Shown here: positions 1 through 13,710 of the stretch, in pieces
Layout of the letters: every line of letters begins with the position of its first letter
How positions within the stretch are numbered: position 1 is the first letter of the stretch
Source of the DNA: Amphiura filiformis
Lineage: Eukaryota
Direction of reading: 5' to 3'
NCBI RefSeq assembly: GCF_039555335.1
Contig: NC_092647.1
Coordinates: 51,797,740 to 51,861,739, forward strand
Length of the DNA stretch: 64,000 bases
The notes under the pieces: generated by a model
Told to the model about the DNA's origin: nothing
The model's database searches: none
The model's input: the letters and a program-made list of their open reading frames with translations, nothing else
Program-made: the position numbers and the translations under genes

Positions 1-11
1 TAAATGACTGC

Positions 12-101
12 TTAGTTTGCCTCCTCAACATTGCTCTCTCTAGATGGCTGGCTCTGTAGTCGAGTCATGGTTGCTACTAAGAGTGACTGCATAGTCTTCA
101 G
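12..101 (-). CDS. TRPM-like copy A terminal exon (LKTMQSLLVATMTRLQSQPSRESNVEEAN*)
   Basis: acceptor attttacag; TAA at 12-14; homolog of the copy B last exon. Confidence 0.55.
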   Translation of the reverse strand: MKTMQSLLVATMTRLQSQPSRESNVEEAN

Positions 102-352
102 CTGTAAAATAGTGAAAATATCGAACGTTTGGTCATGATTTACTAATATTTGTTATTTTCAAACACTAAAACAGCAACAGGTCCAATCACTTCTACAAAT
201 TTTATCATTGTGCAATTGACTTTTTAAAACAATTTTTGTTTATTTGAAAACATTTGTTTGTTTCCTTGGGATAGTTTGTGGAATAACTCATGGCCCAGGC
301 CTACGCTAAGTACACAAGCCTGGATAGCCTAACATGATGGCCTTATGTAATT

Positions 353-2600
353 GTGTTTTCAAAATCTTATCTCAACAATCTTCTAAAGTTTGTTCGGCTT
401 AATATTCTCTTAAAGGAATTGACCTTAGGAACATCCAACGGAAGGTCCCTTCTGAGTGATGATCGATTGTGCGAACTAGACAACATAAAATGGGACATCA
501 TTGAACTCTGCCAAGTAAGACGAAAAGGAGAAGCTTCATATGATCTTCAAAGCGGGACGTATACTACAGAGGCACAGAGAAAGGTGGCGCAGGTGGTGTA
601 GGATTCATCATAAGAAAATACATCACAGCTAATGTCTTAAGCTATAAAAACGGATGATATAAGAGCACATCTGATAGAGTGGCACAGATGATCATCAAGT
701 TATCAAACTCCGGTATCAAACCAACAGAAAATGAGAATTATCCAGATATATATGCCAACCACAAGCCATAAAGATGACACATTTGATGAAGTATATGAAG
801 AAATCAATGGCCTTCTCAACCAAGACAAAGCAGTATTATAGTAGTTGGCAAATTTGGCATTGGCAAAAGGAATGACCGAGGAGACAAACTGCTAGACTTT
901 GCTGTCAACAAAGGATTTAGAATCATGAACACATTCTTTAAGAAGAAACCCTCTCGGAAGTGGACATGGTGAAGTCCAAATGACCACAGATTATTAAGAA
1001 CTAAGATCCGCATTAACATGAAACTGGAAAGAGCTAAGCTAATGCGCAAGAAGACAGCCAATTTGAACCTAGACAAGCTAGGCCTACGTCAACATTTACT
1101 AGAGTTCCAGTTAGCCCTACAGAACATGTTTGATGCACTGGAAGATATGAAAAAGAAGTAACACAAACTCTTAGAAACCACTCTTAAAGCTTCTCAAGAA
1201 AAGTAGGGAAATGAACATACAGAAAATAGAAAACAGAACTAAGAGAAAACAATGTCAAAAATATGCAGCAAACCTTTGAAGCATACAGAAGCTACAAAAA
1301 GACAAAACAAGCATTAACACTTGAGAGATCACAGATGGTTGCCCAGCAAGATGAGGATGGGGGAGGTAATAACAGACCGGGTGGAATTGTATCCAGAGTT
1401 GAATACTTTTACCAGGATCTCTACAGCAGCACGATCCCAGTAGAAGGCCCACGTTTAGTCTCAACCAGCGATCCAAATATACCACCCATCAACGCAGATG
1501 AAGTAAGATCTGCCCTGAAGTAAATAGATGCATTTGTAGGATTGTAGATAAATAATTCAAAAGTCGCCCAGTCTCCCCTACATAAGACATAGAATGTGAG
1601 GGGGCGTCTATACTCGACAAGGACTCAAATGCCTTCAGCAGGAGAATTAGGGAAGCAATCTACATTCGCAAAAAGGGGCCAAAGCAATCAACCGCGACGA
1701 AGGTCTCGTATCTCTCGATCACGTGTACGATCCACTGCTCAAAACAAAACATCTTCACTTCCGGGAAATGTCAACAAGCCGTTTCGCGGGAAAAGCAGTG
1801 GACCTATTCACTTGTGATCAAGCCATCAGCCCTGATGGCGAAAGCTAAAGTCGTGAGTACTCATTTAATGGATTTGTCAAGCTAAAAAGTTTGAATTATC
1901 TGCCCTTAAGGATAGGAAAAAGGAAATGCACCAGGAGATGATGAGATACTGACTGATGTGTTGAAGGAGGGAGGTGAAGTTGCAATTAGTAAGCTAGCTG
2001 ATCTATTCACACAGTGTATCCAAGAAGGCAAAATACCAGACAATTGGAGTAATGCCATTATCATCTTTCATAAGAAAGGCAACATCACAGATCTAGGAAA
2101 CTATCGTCCAATCAGTCTTCTATCCGATGTTTATAAGGTTTTCACCAAAATCATCACCAATAGGCTCACTGCTACCTTGGACTTCAAACAGCCCCGAGAA
2201 CAAACAAATCGGATTCTCTACCACAGATCACCTACATGTAGTTAACCAGATCATAGAGAAAGCAAATGAATATCAGCAACCATTGTGTTTGGTTTTCGTA
2301 GACTATGAGAAGGCTTTTGACAGCATTGAAATTCCAGCTGTACTACAGGGACTGGTTGACCAGGGAATCGAGAGCACATATGTCAACATAATCACGGACA
2401 TAATACAGCAAAGGAATAGCTACCATCCGGCTTGAGAGCAGCAAAATCAACATTCACCGAGGGTTCGACAGGGAGATATCATGCCACCAAAACTTTTCAA
2501 CGCAGCTCTGAAAGCCACCATACAAAGACTTGACTGGGAAAAGAAAGGGATCAACATCAATGGGGGAGAGGATATTAAGCCACCTGAGATTTGCAGATGG
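353..2600 (+). pseudogene. degenerate non-LTR retrotransposon fragment (EN + RT domains 0-4) in the copy A last intron
   Basis: frame-shifted pieces: ..LCQVRRKGE.. (endonuclease), NYRPISLLSDVYKVFTKIITNRL, GFSTTDHLHVVNQIIEKANEYQQPLCLVFVDYEKAFDSIE, GFRQGDIMPPKLFNAAL; multiple stops; truncated before FADD; absent from the copy B homologous intron. Confidence 0.7.
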
Positions 2601-2604
2601 TATC

Positions 2605-2880
2605 ATAATCTTTGCATTAGTGATAGCGAAGCTTAATTAAAATTAGTGATAGCGAACCTTATGTATAGCGAACCTTAATTGCAATTAGTGATAGCGAACC
2701 TGGGAGATAGCGAACCTAGATCTTATTTAAAATTAGAGATAGCGAGCCTTATTTAGAATTAGTGATATCGAACCTTAGAACTAGCGAACCTTATTCTGAA
2801 TTAGTGATATCGAACCTTAGAAGTAGCGGACTTTTTTTAGGCATTGCGAACCCTTTTCTCTGTTAGAGATAGCGGGATTT
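2605..2880. repeat. tandem array (~12 units) of ~20-30 bp 'ttagtgatagcgaacctt' repeats at the 3' edge of the LINE fragment
   Basis: direct inspection. Confidence 0.7.
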
Positions 2881-3517
2881 TCATCTCCATAGACCATGTA
2901 GACCTTACCTTGGAGAGGCCTTCACCCTGCAGTGGGTCGACGATGGCTTAGGAGGATGAGGATGATGATGATGATGATGATAAAAATTGGCGAAACAAAT
3001 GATACTCATGGCACCATGTATTGATATAGAATCTCGAGCACGCAGCTGGGCGCAGCACTTATGCATGTTGCTTGTTGTCTAATGCGTGACTGGTCATGCT
3101 GGTGGGCACTTACGTGATTTACGCGAGTGTATGTTTGGACTTAATTGACTCATGCAGCAACAAAACCAAATAATGTTCACCAATTATAAGCCAAACAAGC
3201 TGAAGAAAATTATTTTATTTCAATACATATAAAAATGTATCATTCACCTAATCAATCTTGTCAATAAATACCCTTCATATCGTCATTTCCTGTAAGGTCC
3301 TATGAACTCTTCACCCTTTGTTGCGTACCCAAATGTCCACATTTTACATCTTACAAGCTTCAATTAAGCAAAGCATTGTAACTAATTACCCTAACCCATA
3401 AAAAGCATACATTTTCTCAAAGGAAATTGCGCGAAGAATCCAAATATGCAATTTCAAAAACTGTAGGGTAATATAATGTAAAGCCACCCAAACTGAAAAT
3501 GTCGGCTAAAAATGTAC

Positions 3518-3593
3518 CTGTTCTTTAACAGCAGTCATTTCTTCCTTAACCTGTTGTTCAATCCTGGTCACATGTGTTGAGATCTCCAGAAGC
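3518..3593 (-). CDS. TRPM-like copy A exon 22, coiled coil (LLEISTHVTRIEQQVKEEMTAVKEQ)
   Basis: heptad-like; acceptor ctaatag, donor GTACAT; conserved in copy B. Confidence 0.55.
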
Positions 3594-4006
3594 CTATTAG
3601 AAAGTTCAAAAACAAAACAAGAGCTTTGTAAGACTTGATAGTTGGTATTCTAAGCTCGTCCCACTGAAAAAAAAAAACCATGAGACCAGCTGTGGTCCTG
3701 CAGAGATTTCAAATCAAAAAGTGACTTTACGAAGTCTCAATGATCGGACTGTAATTGCCCATTTGGAACGACCAGGATCAATTTTACATCTCAGGATTTG
3801 CACCTGGTCAGAAGTTTATGGGTGAAGTGACATATCACAAATATTCTAATCACCAGGCCCTAAACCCAGGTTTCAATAAAAAGTAGGTAAATCCATTTTG
3901 AACCAGCAGTGCGAATTCACATCTTCTTCCCTTTCGCCCTCATATAATCTTTGCCCTCTTGCATATTGATTAAAAACGGCTGTCACTTTCCCCGATATTT
4001 ACCAAC

Positions 4007-4136
4007 CTGTTCTCATTGTTTTGCAATTTTCTGGTGGTATTTTCTTGTTCTTTTTGTCTCTTCTTTGTCAAGTAATCTTCTCCTTTAACCGACTCCCATA
4101 TGGCTAACTCATCGATGCTGGTATCGGATTGAGAAG
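4007..4136 (-). CDS. TRPM-like copy A exon 21 (SQSDTSIDELAIWESVKGEDYLTKKRQKEQENTTRKLQNNEN)
   Basis: acceptor ttccattccatacag, donor AG|GTTGGT; acidic then basic linker before the coiled coil; ORF-anchored. Confidence 0.6.
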
Positions 4137-4179
4137 CTGTATGGAATGGAAATGTCAATTTGATAGAAATCAATACGAT

Positions 4180-4560
4180 CTTGGCTCATAACTACCACCT
4201 TCTATACCACAACCAGCTACGCACTGGCTGACCACCTTCTATACCACAACCAGCTACGCACTGGCTGACCACCTTCTATACCACAACCAGCTACTCACTG
4301 GCTGACCACCTTCTATACCACAACCAGCTACTCACTGGCTTGGCTCATGACTACCACCTTCTATATCACAACCATCCACTCACTGGCCTTGCTCATAACT
4401 ACCACCTTTTATACCACAACCAGCCATTCACTGGCTTGGCTCATAACTACCACTATCTATACCACAACCAGCTACTCACTGGCTTGGCTCATAACTACCA
4501 CCTTCTATACCAAAACCAGCCACTCACTGGCCTGGCTCATAACTTCTTCCCCAGGGGTTG
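4180..4560. repeat. minisatellite (~38-51 bp unit x ~8: accaccttctataccacaaccagctac.cactggct)
   Basis: present once in the homologous copy B intron (~31150-31200); it produces the periodic track ORFs 4340..4573 and 4347..4634. Confidence 0.8.
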
Positions 4561-5311
4561 CCATATTGTTTGAAAATCAAGTTTGTCAACCACTTGCAAC
4601 TCTGTGTCAACTAAGCCCTGACAATTTTGAGTAAAAAGCCGTAACAACGTCTGGTACGATGGAATCCATTACTGGCAGATTGGGAGAATGGGGTTGCTCA
4701 CATCTTCAATTCATGGAGAATGAGATTATTTTTGGTATCAGTGGTGTAGCTAAGATTTTCAGGGGCATGGTAAACTTTTTGGGGGGGAGGGGCAACATGG
4801 GATAAAATAATCATTTAAAAAAATCAGCCTGAATCTTGAATAATATTATGGTTAGCATGGGGCCAAGATGTTTGACAGGGGAAAGCTGCATCCCCCGGGT
4901 GCATCCCTGGCTACTCCACTAGCATGACTACAATCAAGGAAAAAAGTCTTGGAACGCTTGCGTGTAAATAACGGAAAACTGTCACCCTCTCTCCCCGTGC
5001 AATGTTGAGAAATGCCAATGTCTTCAGCGGTTCCCCAATGTGTTCCAACATTGCTTGATGGGGAGAGGGGAAGGGTAAATCATTGTTGTAGATGTCATGT
5101 TTCTTCCCAAACACACTATAGATCATTTCCATGAACATAAGAAATTCTGCACGGAATTTCGGCAGAGTGTGCCAAGCGTTCCAAGGACTTTTTTCCTTGA
5201 TTGTAGGTGTTATCATGGTTATACCTTGTTATTTACAAACTATAGCAATCAAATGGGACAACTATAACTTCAACGACCAATGGACTGGAGTCATGTTCCA
5301 TGAGCACTCAC

Positions 5312-5523
5312 CTTTGCACGACAACTTGTCGCAGCCCGTACAGCCGCACTTCTGACACATTTTTCGTAGCTTTTTAAACAGACGTCTTACAAACAGAATG
5401 ATGTGGCTTATGATGATGAATGGTGGTGCTAAAACAGGCCGCTTGTGGTATTCTGTGATAAGTTTGAATCTTTGCCATTTCCAGTGTATGTCTGTTTTTT
5501 CTTGAACAGCAACAAATGTGAAG
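5312..5523 (-). CDS. TRPM-like copy A exon 20, TRP domain ([40 protein letters not shown]...)
   Basis: matches TRPM '[38 protein letters not shown]' (TRP box WKFQR); acceptor gtttcag, donor G|GTGAGT. Confidence 0.75.
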
Positions 5524-5972
5524 CTGAAACGAATGAAATTGTATATTATATCAATTATATAGGCCCCCTACTATATAGTAATTTGTTTGTACAAGAATAT
5601 CTAATCTTTAGGAGAAACGAAATCCTGCACACCTCACTGTTTATCAAAGTAATGGCTCTCGACAGCGGCCCTGTCTCACGCGACTTGCCGCAACTTGCAA
5701 ACTTGTTTAGGGTTAAGGTTAAGATTTAGGGTTAAGATTTAGTATAATGCAGCCCATTATGATTAAAGGTTGCAATAATAAGGTTGGAGCCGGGCGGTCA
5801 ACTGGAACCGGTGGTCGAGTCTTGAAGCCGCCCTAAGTAAATATGCATGCGGCATTGATGTGCCGAAGTCCACTTTTTCAACAATTCACCCCATATAATT
5901 CCTGGCTATCGGCATTGGTCAAACAATAGTGTTTATACGAGGTTGTTTTGTGTAACTGTGGGGTATACCTAC

Positions 5973-6126
5973 TTGAACATGGCAATAAGAAGATTCAACA
6001 GTAGAACATTGCTGAGGAAGAGGTAGATTGACAAGAGAATAGTTCCAAACCATGCATTTTGTTGACACGTTTCTTCTATCGCTGTATGAGTAGCATTCCC
6101 AACCTCTCTCGTATATGTGTAACATT
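5973..6126 (-). CDS. TRPM-like copy A exon 19, pore helix/S6 (..NAWFGTILLSIYLFLSNVLLLNLLIAMF)
   Basis: matches TRPM '[27 protein letters not shown]'; acceptor ggtacag, donor GTAGGT; the frame differs from track ORF 5919..6125 and was calibrated on it. Confidence 0.7.
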
Positions 6127-7338
6127 CTGTACCATCAAGATAAAATTCAACATTGTGTTTCAGTTAAGGGACCAATAGGAATTTACAATTTTCAGGCTAC
6201 ATGACTCCATCACATTAATCGCTCAAATATTTCTTCCACCCTGATTTTGCAAGTATTGTAGTAAAATGGTTTTTGACCCCCTTATTTTAAACTAAACCCC
6301 TGAAATAAAGAAAGTCCGCAGTCATGTAACCCGTCCTACACCAAAACCTGATCTTGTTATGACAATGTGATTGATAAGGTCGTACAATGTATGCAAAATC
6401 TTGTTAGCTCCAATTTGATACCAAATTTGCTACCAAACACTCTAAATTGACAAAGATTGATACCAATATATGGACGTTGGTGCATTTTCAAAAGTTGCAA
6501 ATCAAAATGATGCACGCAGTCGAAATTGCTAAACGTTGTCAATTGATTATCCCAAGTGGCGATGCAAGCGCGGTTTATTCAATTGTTAATTTGAAATGCA
6601 TATGGATGAATGATGAGAATAAAGGTTTCGCACATCGAAAGGAACAGTGCTGGAAAGCAACTTGTTGTGATAACAGAGAAAACCAGTTAAAAAGTCCAGA
6701 ATAAAGTTTAAACAGCCTTACCCATGCTAACCAAATTAAAACCATAATACCCGCGCTCTAGAACTGTTTTAACTTTTAACTGGGTATTAAGAAGTTGCTT
6801 TTTATCATTTAAGTCAGCATGGTACATACAAAAAACACTTAAAAAGATTCGTGGAAGCATGTTTTCAGATTTTAATAAAACAGTTAAAAACATAAAACCG
6901 ACTCTGCTCATTTAAAAGATTTTTTTAAAGAGAAGCAAAAATGTGTTCTGCTGGTTTGTATCTGTCTGTAAAAATGGTTCAACTCAATATCCTGCATGGC
7001 CACCATTGGTGTTTACCATATCCACACAGCGGCGCCTCATTCTCATTTCTTTTCCATGCGTTTCCAATTAACAATTGAATAAACCGCGCATTGTACAGGC
7101 ACTTGGCTAGCTTGACCACGCTTTTCGACCGCGTGCATCGTTTTGATTTGCACCAACCTTCATTTACATTTGGTAGCAAATTTGTTATCAAATTGGAGCT
7201 AACAAGATTCTGCACACGACATTATCAATAAAATTGTCATAACCAGATCAGGTTTTGGTGTAGGACGGGTTACATAATTGAGGGGTTTACGCCATATAAT
7301 TATACAGGTATTATACAGATTATTGTCCACTGGCCTAC

Positions 7339-7513
7339 CTTCGCCATTGGCTTCCAACAGCTCCCCAAAGATTTGCAAATACGGTCGAAAAAAGATGCTT
7401 TCTAACACGTTGGACACACCAGATCTTCCTGGGTATAATATAGCTTCACTAGCTACACCATAGCACGTTAAGAACACGAGTAAGATACTGACGAACACTA
7501 GCAGATCTGCAAA
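7339..7513 (-). CDS. TRPM-like copy A exon 18, S5 (FADLLVFVSILLVFLTCYGVASEAILYPGRSG...IFGELLEANGE)
   Basis: matches TRPM '[36 protein letters not shown]'; acceptor ttattttag, donor G|GTAGGC; ORF-anchored. Confidence 0.7.
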
Positions 7514-9201
7514 CTAAAATAATGGATATTAATCGATAAAATGAAAAAAGAACCTAGATATCATTAACTTCACCCCCCATTTGCCTTCAGTTCGAAACAC
7601 TAGAAAATCGTGAAATACCTCACCATACACCAAAGCAACAGTATTGTAGGGGACCCTGGGAGAAAGTAGAACGCGGGACAAAACGAAACACCCCACATAC
7701 AAGTTATGTATTATGCTGCCCTTATCACTAGAACTACCACCACCCCTAAGATTTTTTTATCCGTCACAAAAAACGCACGCGTTTACGCCCAAACGACCTA
7801 ACTCACCTAAGCTAATCGTAGATCCATCATTTGCACTCATTTTAGTCATAAAATGTTTACCCCATATCTTACCAGACCAGGGGGTAGAACCGGCCGTCAA
7901 AGATGACCATAGAGGGGAGGTGTGAGGCCCACAATTGGTTTCTTTCTACAATAAAATCAATGATTTTCATTTCCCTCCTGTGAAATTATTCTAAGCGCTA
8001 CTGACTTTTTACTTCCTTTTATTGAGGGAAAAATTCGGTGAAAATCGCATTTTTGTAGAATTTTTAGCCGAAAATCAATGTTTGCTTATACTCTTGTCTT
8101 GTACATAGCCAGAATTTTCCAAATTTGCATGGTCGCCATCACATTATGACCTCATAGCGGTATTATGTAGGGCATATTTGTACTTATTTTGGTTTCAGTG
8201 GATAGAGGAGACCCATGGCTATACATTGATACCAAATATAACGGAATATGACGTTTATAATTGAAAATTATGGGGGTTGCAATAACTCCCTCCCCTTCGT
8301 ATTCCGTGTTACAAAATATGGCTCAGTAGTTCTAGGGTTAATCTCCAAGCTCATGTATTTAGAACACAGCATGGATCCAGCGTTGTTTGTGTAGGGGGCG
8401 TTCGAGTGAATCACATGTGTGCTTTTTACAGGAAACGTCTGTTTTTCATATGACAAAACTATGATTTTTTAGAAATATTGTGCTTTTGCTGAATTACTTC
8501 AATAGCCATATTAATGACAGATATGGGCTTTAAAGCCTACTCTGCATGGTAACAGGGCCATACATTAGCGTAACATGATAGGGACGCATGTCTAGAGAAT
8601 TCTCACGTTGTCGGGTGAAAGTGGATGGGCAATGTGGGCAAATAGTCTAAAGTGGATGGGGCAATATGGAACGCCGAAAACAGATCCCACTAAGAACTAT
8701 GAAATATGTATCCGGCCATAGTATACAGGGCATACCCTAAGTTGTGTTGACAATGAAGACACACTTCAAGGGAATGCCTTTCTAAAATGCTCCTTTGCAC
8801 GTTTCACTTTCCCCCGGCTCGATAACATTTTTGTTTTTTGTTTTTTTGTTTTTGTTTTTTAAGCTTTGTTGATGTCATTTGTTAGTTGCAGTCTATAAGG
8901 TAAGAATATCAACCAAAGCTTTTACCTTCCCGTGTTTTGTAATCCTGTTATGTCGGAACAAAAAAAAGTTTCGGTCCACTTCGCCCCGGGTTCTGATACT
9001 GCTTTTTTTTATGTATAGGCCTACATTTATGAAATCAACATGTTTCAATTATTTTATTTAAAATCCACCCTACTACTACATGGTGAATTCTGGTGCTGTA
9101 TAATTTAGTTTCAAATTAGCAGCTAATCATGAATATTAATTATCATTTACACATATTATATGCCTACACATGGAAGGGTAAAAAGTCTACAATTCACTGA
9201 C

Positions 9202-9347
9202 CATTCCTTCAATCATGACAAGTTTAGGGCCTAGATGTTTGTTGGCGGAAAAGACGTGTAGCAGCCGGATGTAAAAGATAACCAAGCTTAATGCCAACAA
9301 GATACGACCTTCTGACATGGTATCTGGAAAGCACCGTAACACGTAGC
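9202..9347 (-). CDS. TRPM-like copy A exon 17, S4 (..GRILLALSLVIFYIRLLHVFSANKHLGPKLVMIEGM)
   Basis: matches TRPM '[36 protein letters not shown]'; acceptor cactatag, donor GTCAGT. Confidence 0.7.
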
Positions 9348-10682
9348 CTATAGTGAGGATAAAATATGAATGAATTTGAATTTAGTGATCATAAAATATT
9401 TTTGAAAAGAAGAAGTATGTACGTTTTGTCTCAAACCGCTTGCCATGACTGTGGATTTATTACCAAGGTACTATTTGAGAAAAAAATGTCCAAATATTAT
9501 GATTTTCAAATAAAACAAGTTAAATTGCATAACACATTGAATTTTTGAAATTACCCATGCTTATACTCTGACATCTTGGCTACAAAATAAAGGTTATTTG
9601 ATTAAAATGTGATTTTTGGATGTTAAGATGTTTTGATAAAAGCGAACACAGACGACTTAGTACGTCGGAAACGGTCTGAATAGAAAGGCCAATTTTGATT
9701 TAAAAGGTAGGTCACATCTATGTGGAAATCATTACACATTTATTTCTGAAAATGATTAAATTGCTTTATTTTTGTTCAAATAAGTTAATCAATATCTAAT
9801 GCTTGCAGATAGTACAGTTTTACTGGGTACCATGTCTTTTGCAAAACAAAACCGATACATGTTCAGAATAGCCTTCATATTGACCCTTTCCATAGGTTGT
9901 TGACTTCGAGCACTTGTTGGTTCAAGTCGTCCTGATTGGTTCATAATATACTATCAAATAAGTCGTATGGACATTTTGTTGTATTTTGTAAGTATATACT
10001 GGGTTATTAAACAAATCTGATTTCCACGTCAAGATGCATCCATTGTTTAAAATAAGGACGTAATTACAAATTACCCTTAAACATGGTCTAGTTGAAATCC
10101 GGTATATTTCACTAACCCTGTCTGTTGAACCCTTTATGTTAATGTTTTATTCTCATTTAAAACGTGTTTTCTTTTGTATTGAAGTCCCAAGGCATGTCAG
10201 GGAGCTTAAATAGGAACAAAATATTTATCTGAGTAAGCAGTTTGGACAACTGCATCATAAAAACATTTTATGGAGATTATCCAAAGCTACAATATGATGC
10301 TTTAATACTACACTTTTGCTTCAGTTTTTAACCGTTTCCGACGTACCAAACACTAACATATATATACAACCAAACATCACATCTTCATTAAAGAACTTTT
10401 ATTAGAGTAAGATATAAGAGTATAATCATGAGTAATTTCAACTTCCTGGCGCGTAAGGTACAGAGATGTGATGATGGAGGTAGAACTTTTTGAATGACCC
10501 TAGTAATTCCCTTGTAACGCCACTGCTCGAAAGTTTAAGCCAAAATTGATGTTTATATAATTATTAAGTTTTTGTATTTTATTGAGTTTATAATTAACCT
10601 AGACCTAAATAGCGAATGTGTTATATCTTTCATATTATCTTTATTTGTTACTGCATTCTATCGTGAACATTAATGAACGTAC

Positions 10683-10785
10683 CTGTTATAAATACGACGA
10701 TTTTACAAATGTCAACCTTGTTCCAAAAGTAATGAATCCAGATGCTAAGACGATACAAGAATGTAGGACCTACCTCCCACAGTAC
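10683..10785 (-). CDS. TRPM-like copy A exon 16, S3 (VLWEVGPTFLYRLSIWIHYFWNKVDICKIVVFIT)
   Basis: ~ TRPM '[27 protein letters not shown]'; acceptor ccttgcag, donor GTACGT; calibrated on the overlapping plus-strand ORF. Confidence 0.65.
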
Positions 10786-11313
10786 CTGCAAGGAAAACAT
10801 CATCGGATAATTCTACCCATTATCATCAGATTATTGTTCTTATTGTCCTCCTCCTCCTCCTCCTCCTCCCCATCATCATCATCACTATGGTGAAATTTCA
10901 TCATCATCAACACTATGATGGGATATCATCATCATCACTACGGTCACTCGAGTCAGTAAAAATGGTAAAGTAAAATCAAATTTTGAGATTTTCACAAAAA
11001 CTGTTAATTTTTATGGAATCTGTTATAAGCTAGTTAAATCCTTGCATCATTTCAATTCTGAAAATGTATACTTTTATATACTTCTCATTATTACATTTAG
11101 AGATACAATAAAAAAAAAAACCAATATTTAAATTACTAACTCGCAAAAGGTATACAGACTATATGGTGTGATATCATCATTATCATCACCACCAAATTTA
11201 ATGTATTTGAAACAAAGTCTATTTGCCAGTGACACCCTGTAAACGGTAAGACTACGTTAGTACCTATGTAATAAGAAAACGTCCAGCTCATACGCTTACA
11301 CTACATGGCCTAC

Positions 11314-11445
11314 CTGTCGGATCAGTTCTATACACAGTGTAAAAAACCAAGCAAGAAGAACGTATTCTATCTCAGATGGGTACTTGCTCTCAAAGCCTTG
11401 TAGAAGAATATAACTGAAAAGTCCCAGAAATACTAGCTTGGAAAA
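11314..11445 (-). CDS. TRPM-like copy A exon 15, S2 (FSKLVFLGLFSYILLQGFESKYPSEIEYVLLAWFFTLCIELIRQ)
   Basis: ~ TRPM '[32 protein letters not shown]'; acceptor aattgcag, donor GTAGGC. Confidence 0.65.
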
Positions 11446-12028
11446 CTGCAATTTAGGGAAGAGGTCGGTTTTATTAAGCTTTCATAAAATAGTTTTAAAA
11501 TAATCAGAATAGTAATAATAATAAATAGTATTCATGGTGTATCAAAATAAAGTATAGCGTTTGAAAAATGCCACTCCCACCAGATTAAAGAGTATTAGGT
11601 ATTTGGTAAAAAATAATTTTGTTGATAGCTGAATCAACATCTTGCATGTCCTCCCACAACTGTAAAATCACTCTCGTGTGACAATTAATAGGGACTCAGT
11701 GGCTTTTTTTGTGAGCCGTGTAAAAATGCAGTTGCGCGAAGTTAATTAGAATAACATGAAAATCACAGTTTCACCATTTCCTTTTCAGTAATTGAAAACA
11801 CCTTGCATAATTGTTTGGCAATCATGTGATTGCTCTAAAGCACCAAGTGGAAGAAGTCTTTTAACTTTCCGATGGGTGATCACTGCTACGCGACGCATGT
11901 ATTCTTGGGAGAAATCGTCATAGGTAGTACGCGCATATCAATTAGCTCAGATACTAGAATCAGCCCATCAGATCGCCAAAATTATTATAGCTATATAAGA
12001 ATGTAATAAGCTGAAATAGAAAACCTAC

Positions 12029-12167
12029 CACATTGTAGAGAAAAATGACATTTGGGACAAAGAAAAACGAAGAGACACGACGTCGTAGCGATGCTCGTGG
12101 CTTTTCATTATCATGCTCGGCAAACCAGATCCGCTTTTGGCGATTCATTTCACTAAGTGGCAACCCT
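12029..12167 (-). CDS. TRPM-like copy A exon 14, S1 (..NRQKRIWFAEHDNEKPRASLRRRVSSFFFVPNVIFLYNV)
   Basis: ~ TRPM '[24 protein letters not shown]'; donor GTAGGT; acceptor ctatgtatag gives phase 2 but exon 13 ends in phase 0, so the 5' boundary is unresolved (alternative phase-0 start near 12133). Confidence 0.55.
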
Positions 12168-13710
12168 CTATACATAGGTCAACATAAAGTACACAATAAT
12201 TAGTAATCTTGGTACTTTAATTGGGAATGATGCAACGGAAAATTCTGTGAAAGTAGAGAACCAAAACGATCTCCATCCCTCTTTCACAGAATCTTGATTT
12301 TATATCGATTTCGAATTGCGCTATCCTTGCACTGGAACAGTATATATTTGATCAAACTAAATTTATTACGTAGAGATGACTCTTGCAAGGTATTACACAA
12401 AACATCTCACAGATACACTGTCAATGATGAGACGAAATGCTCTTCCAATGATAAATCACAACAAGTTATGATATCAATATTATGATGTTTGCAGTTAGAG
12501 CTATAGCTTTGTGATGAACTTGATGAAGTGAAATTAAACTATTACTCAAAGCGGAAAATGAGCTCACCTGAGAGCTTTCGAACTTGTGATGAACTTGTTA
12601 ATTTAGATTCTTGTATAAGTTGATATTTACATAAACTTGATTTCGTTTTACATGTATTCACATCTTTGATTCGGGACTTTCGGTACATTTATCGTGATTA
12701 CTGTAAAGGACCACTACAAACCGAGGAACAAGCAATTAGAGCAAACAACCTACGTGAAGTTTGGACTACTGGTTTCGCCATCCGTTTCATCACTTCGATG
12801 TGGTAGTCCAGGGAGGAGCGATAGTACACTACGACGTATGGAGAAAGTAGGCCTACGCATCAATTGAGGTCTGCGGAGCTTAATATCGCCCCTATGTCGC
12901 CCACGAGGTAGCCTCTATCGTTGAGAATAAAGAACAATCAAACCATGAGCCTTATAGGTTAAATACCACTAATAGGCCTGGGCGATACATTGAAATTGAT
13001 CAAGTTATATAGCCAAAAAGTACTTTTTAGAGTTTGATGCTTCAAAATGGTACATTTTCTCTCATTATATGACATTTTTGTTGTAATAGTACCAAAATTC
13101 ATACGCACGGCTTCGGTTTTTAGTAAATATTATCATATTGTAACTTTCAGCTTCGAGGGCGCACTGTCATTTTAAGGTGTTTACGGTTCAGTGCGTTAAA
13201 ACAAGAAAAGTCGTTGAATTGTGATCATTTGGCATCTGAATCATATAGTTTCACCTGATATTAGTGGCATTGAACTGTGAGAGTTCTGAATATGAGAAAA
13301 TTCCATCCGAAATTAGGCATTTTCCCATTGAAACCCGTGTAATACATAATTAGTGGTATTTAACCTATAAGTAGATTATACCAGGAGCATAGCGAAATTA
13401 AGATTGCATTCAACAGTTTCTATTTTCATTTCCCGAAAGTGGAATCTGTTCAAACTGTTGACTTGATTTTAGAAGGACTGGCCCAGGACTGTTATAGATT
13501 TCTGGGCACCTGCAACTCAAAGACGATTATTTGACTTGTTGTTGTTCCAGCTGCATAATAAGCCCATATAATAATCGTTATTAAATTATAAATTATTTCG
13601 GAATAAGGATTTTGGGAAATCAACATTTACCTATTAATAGCTAGTACTAGTTTAACGACAGTGAAAGTGGAAATCTTTTAAATCTTGAAAAGAAATTTAT
13701 TTGCATTTAC

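Noticed and set aside
4340-4634. Periodic ORFs (HNYHLLYHNQPLTGLA repeated)
   Set aside because: They are a product of the 38-51 bp minisatellite, which is a single copy in the copy B intron.
5919-6125. Track ORF (MLHIYERGWECYSY...) taken as the pore-exon protein
   Set aside because: It is the wrong reading frame of exon 19. The coding frame gives ..NAWFGTILLSIYLFLSNVLLLNLLIAMF and ends at a GTAGGT donor.
12780-12900. Arg-rich 50-codon open frame on the minus strand inside the 260-bp block conserved between the copies
   Set aside because: It has no hydrophobic or TRPM-like content and no splice sites of the required phase. It is kept only as a candidate region for the missing micro-exon.
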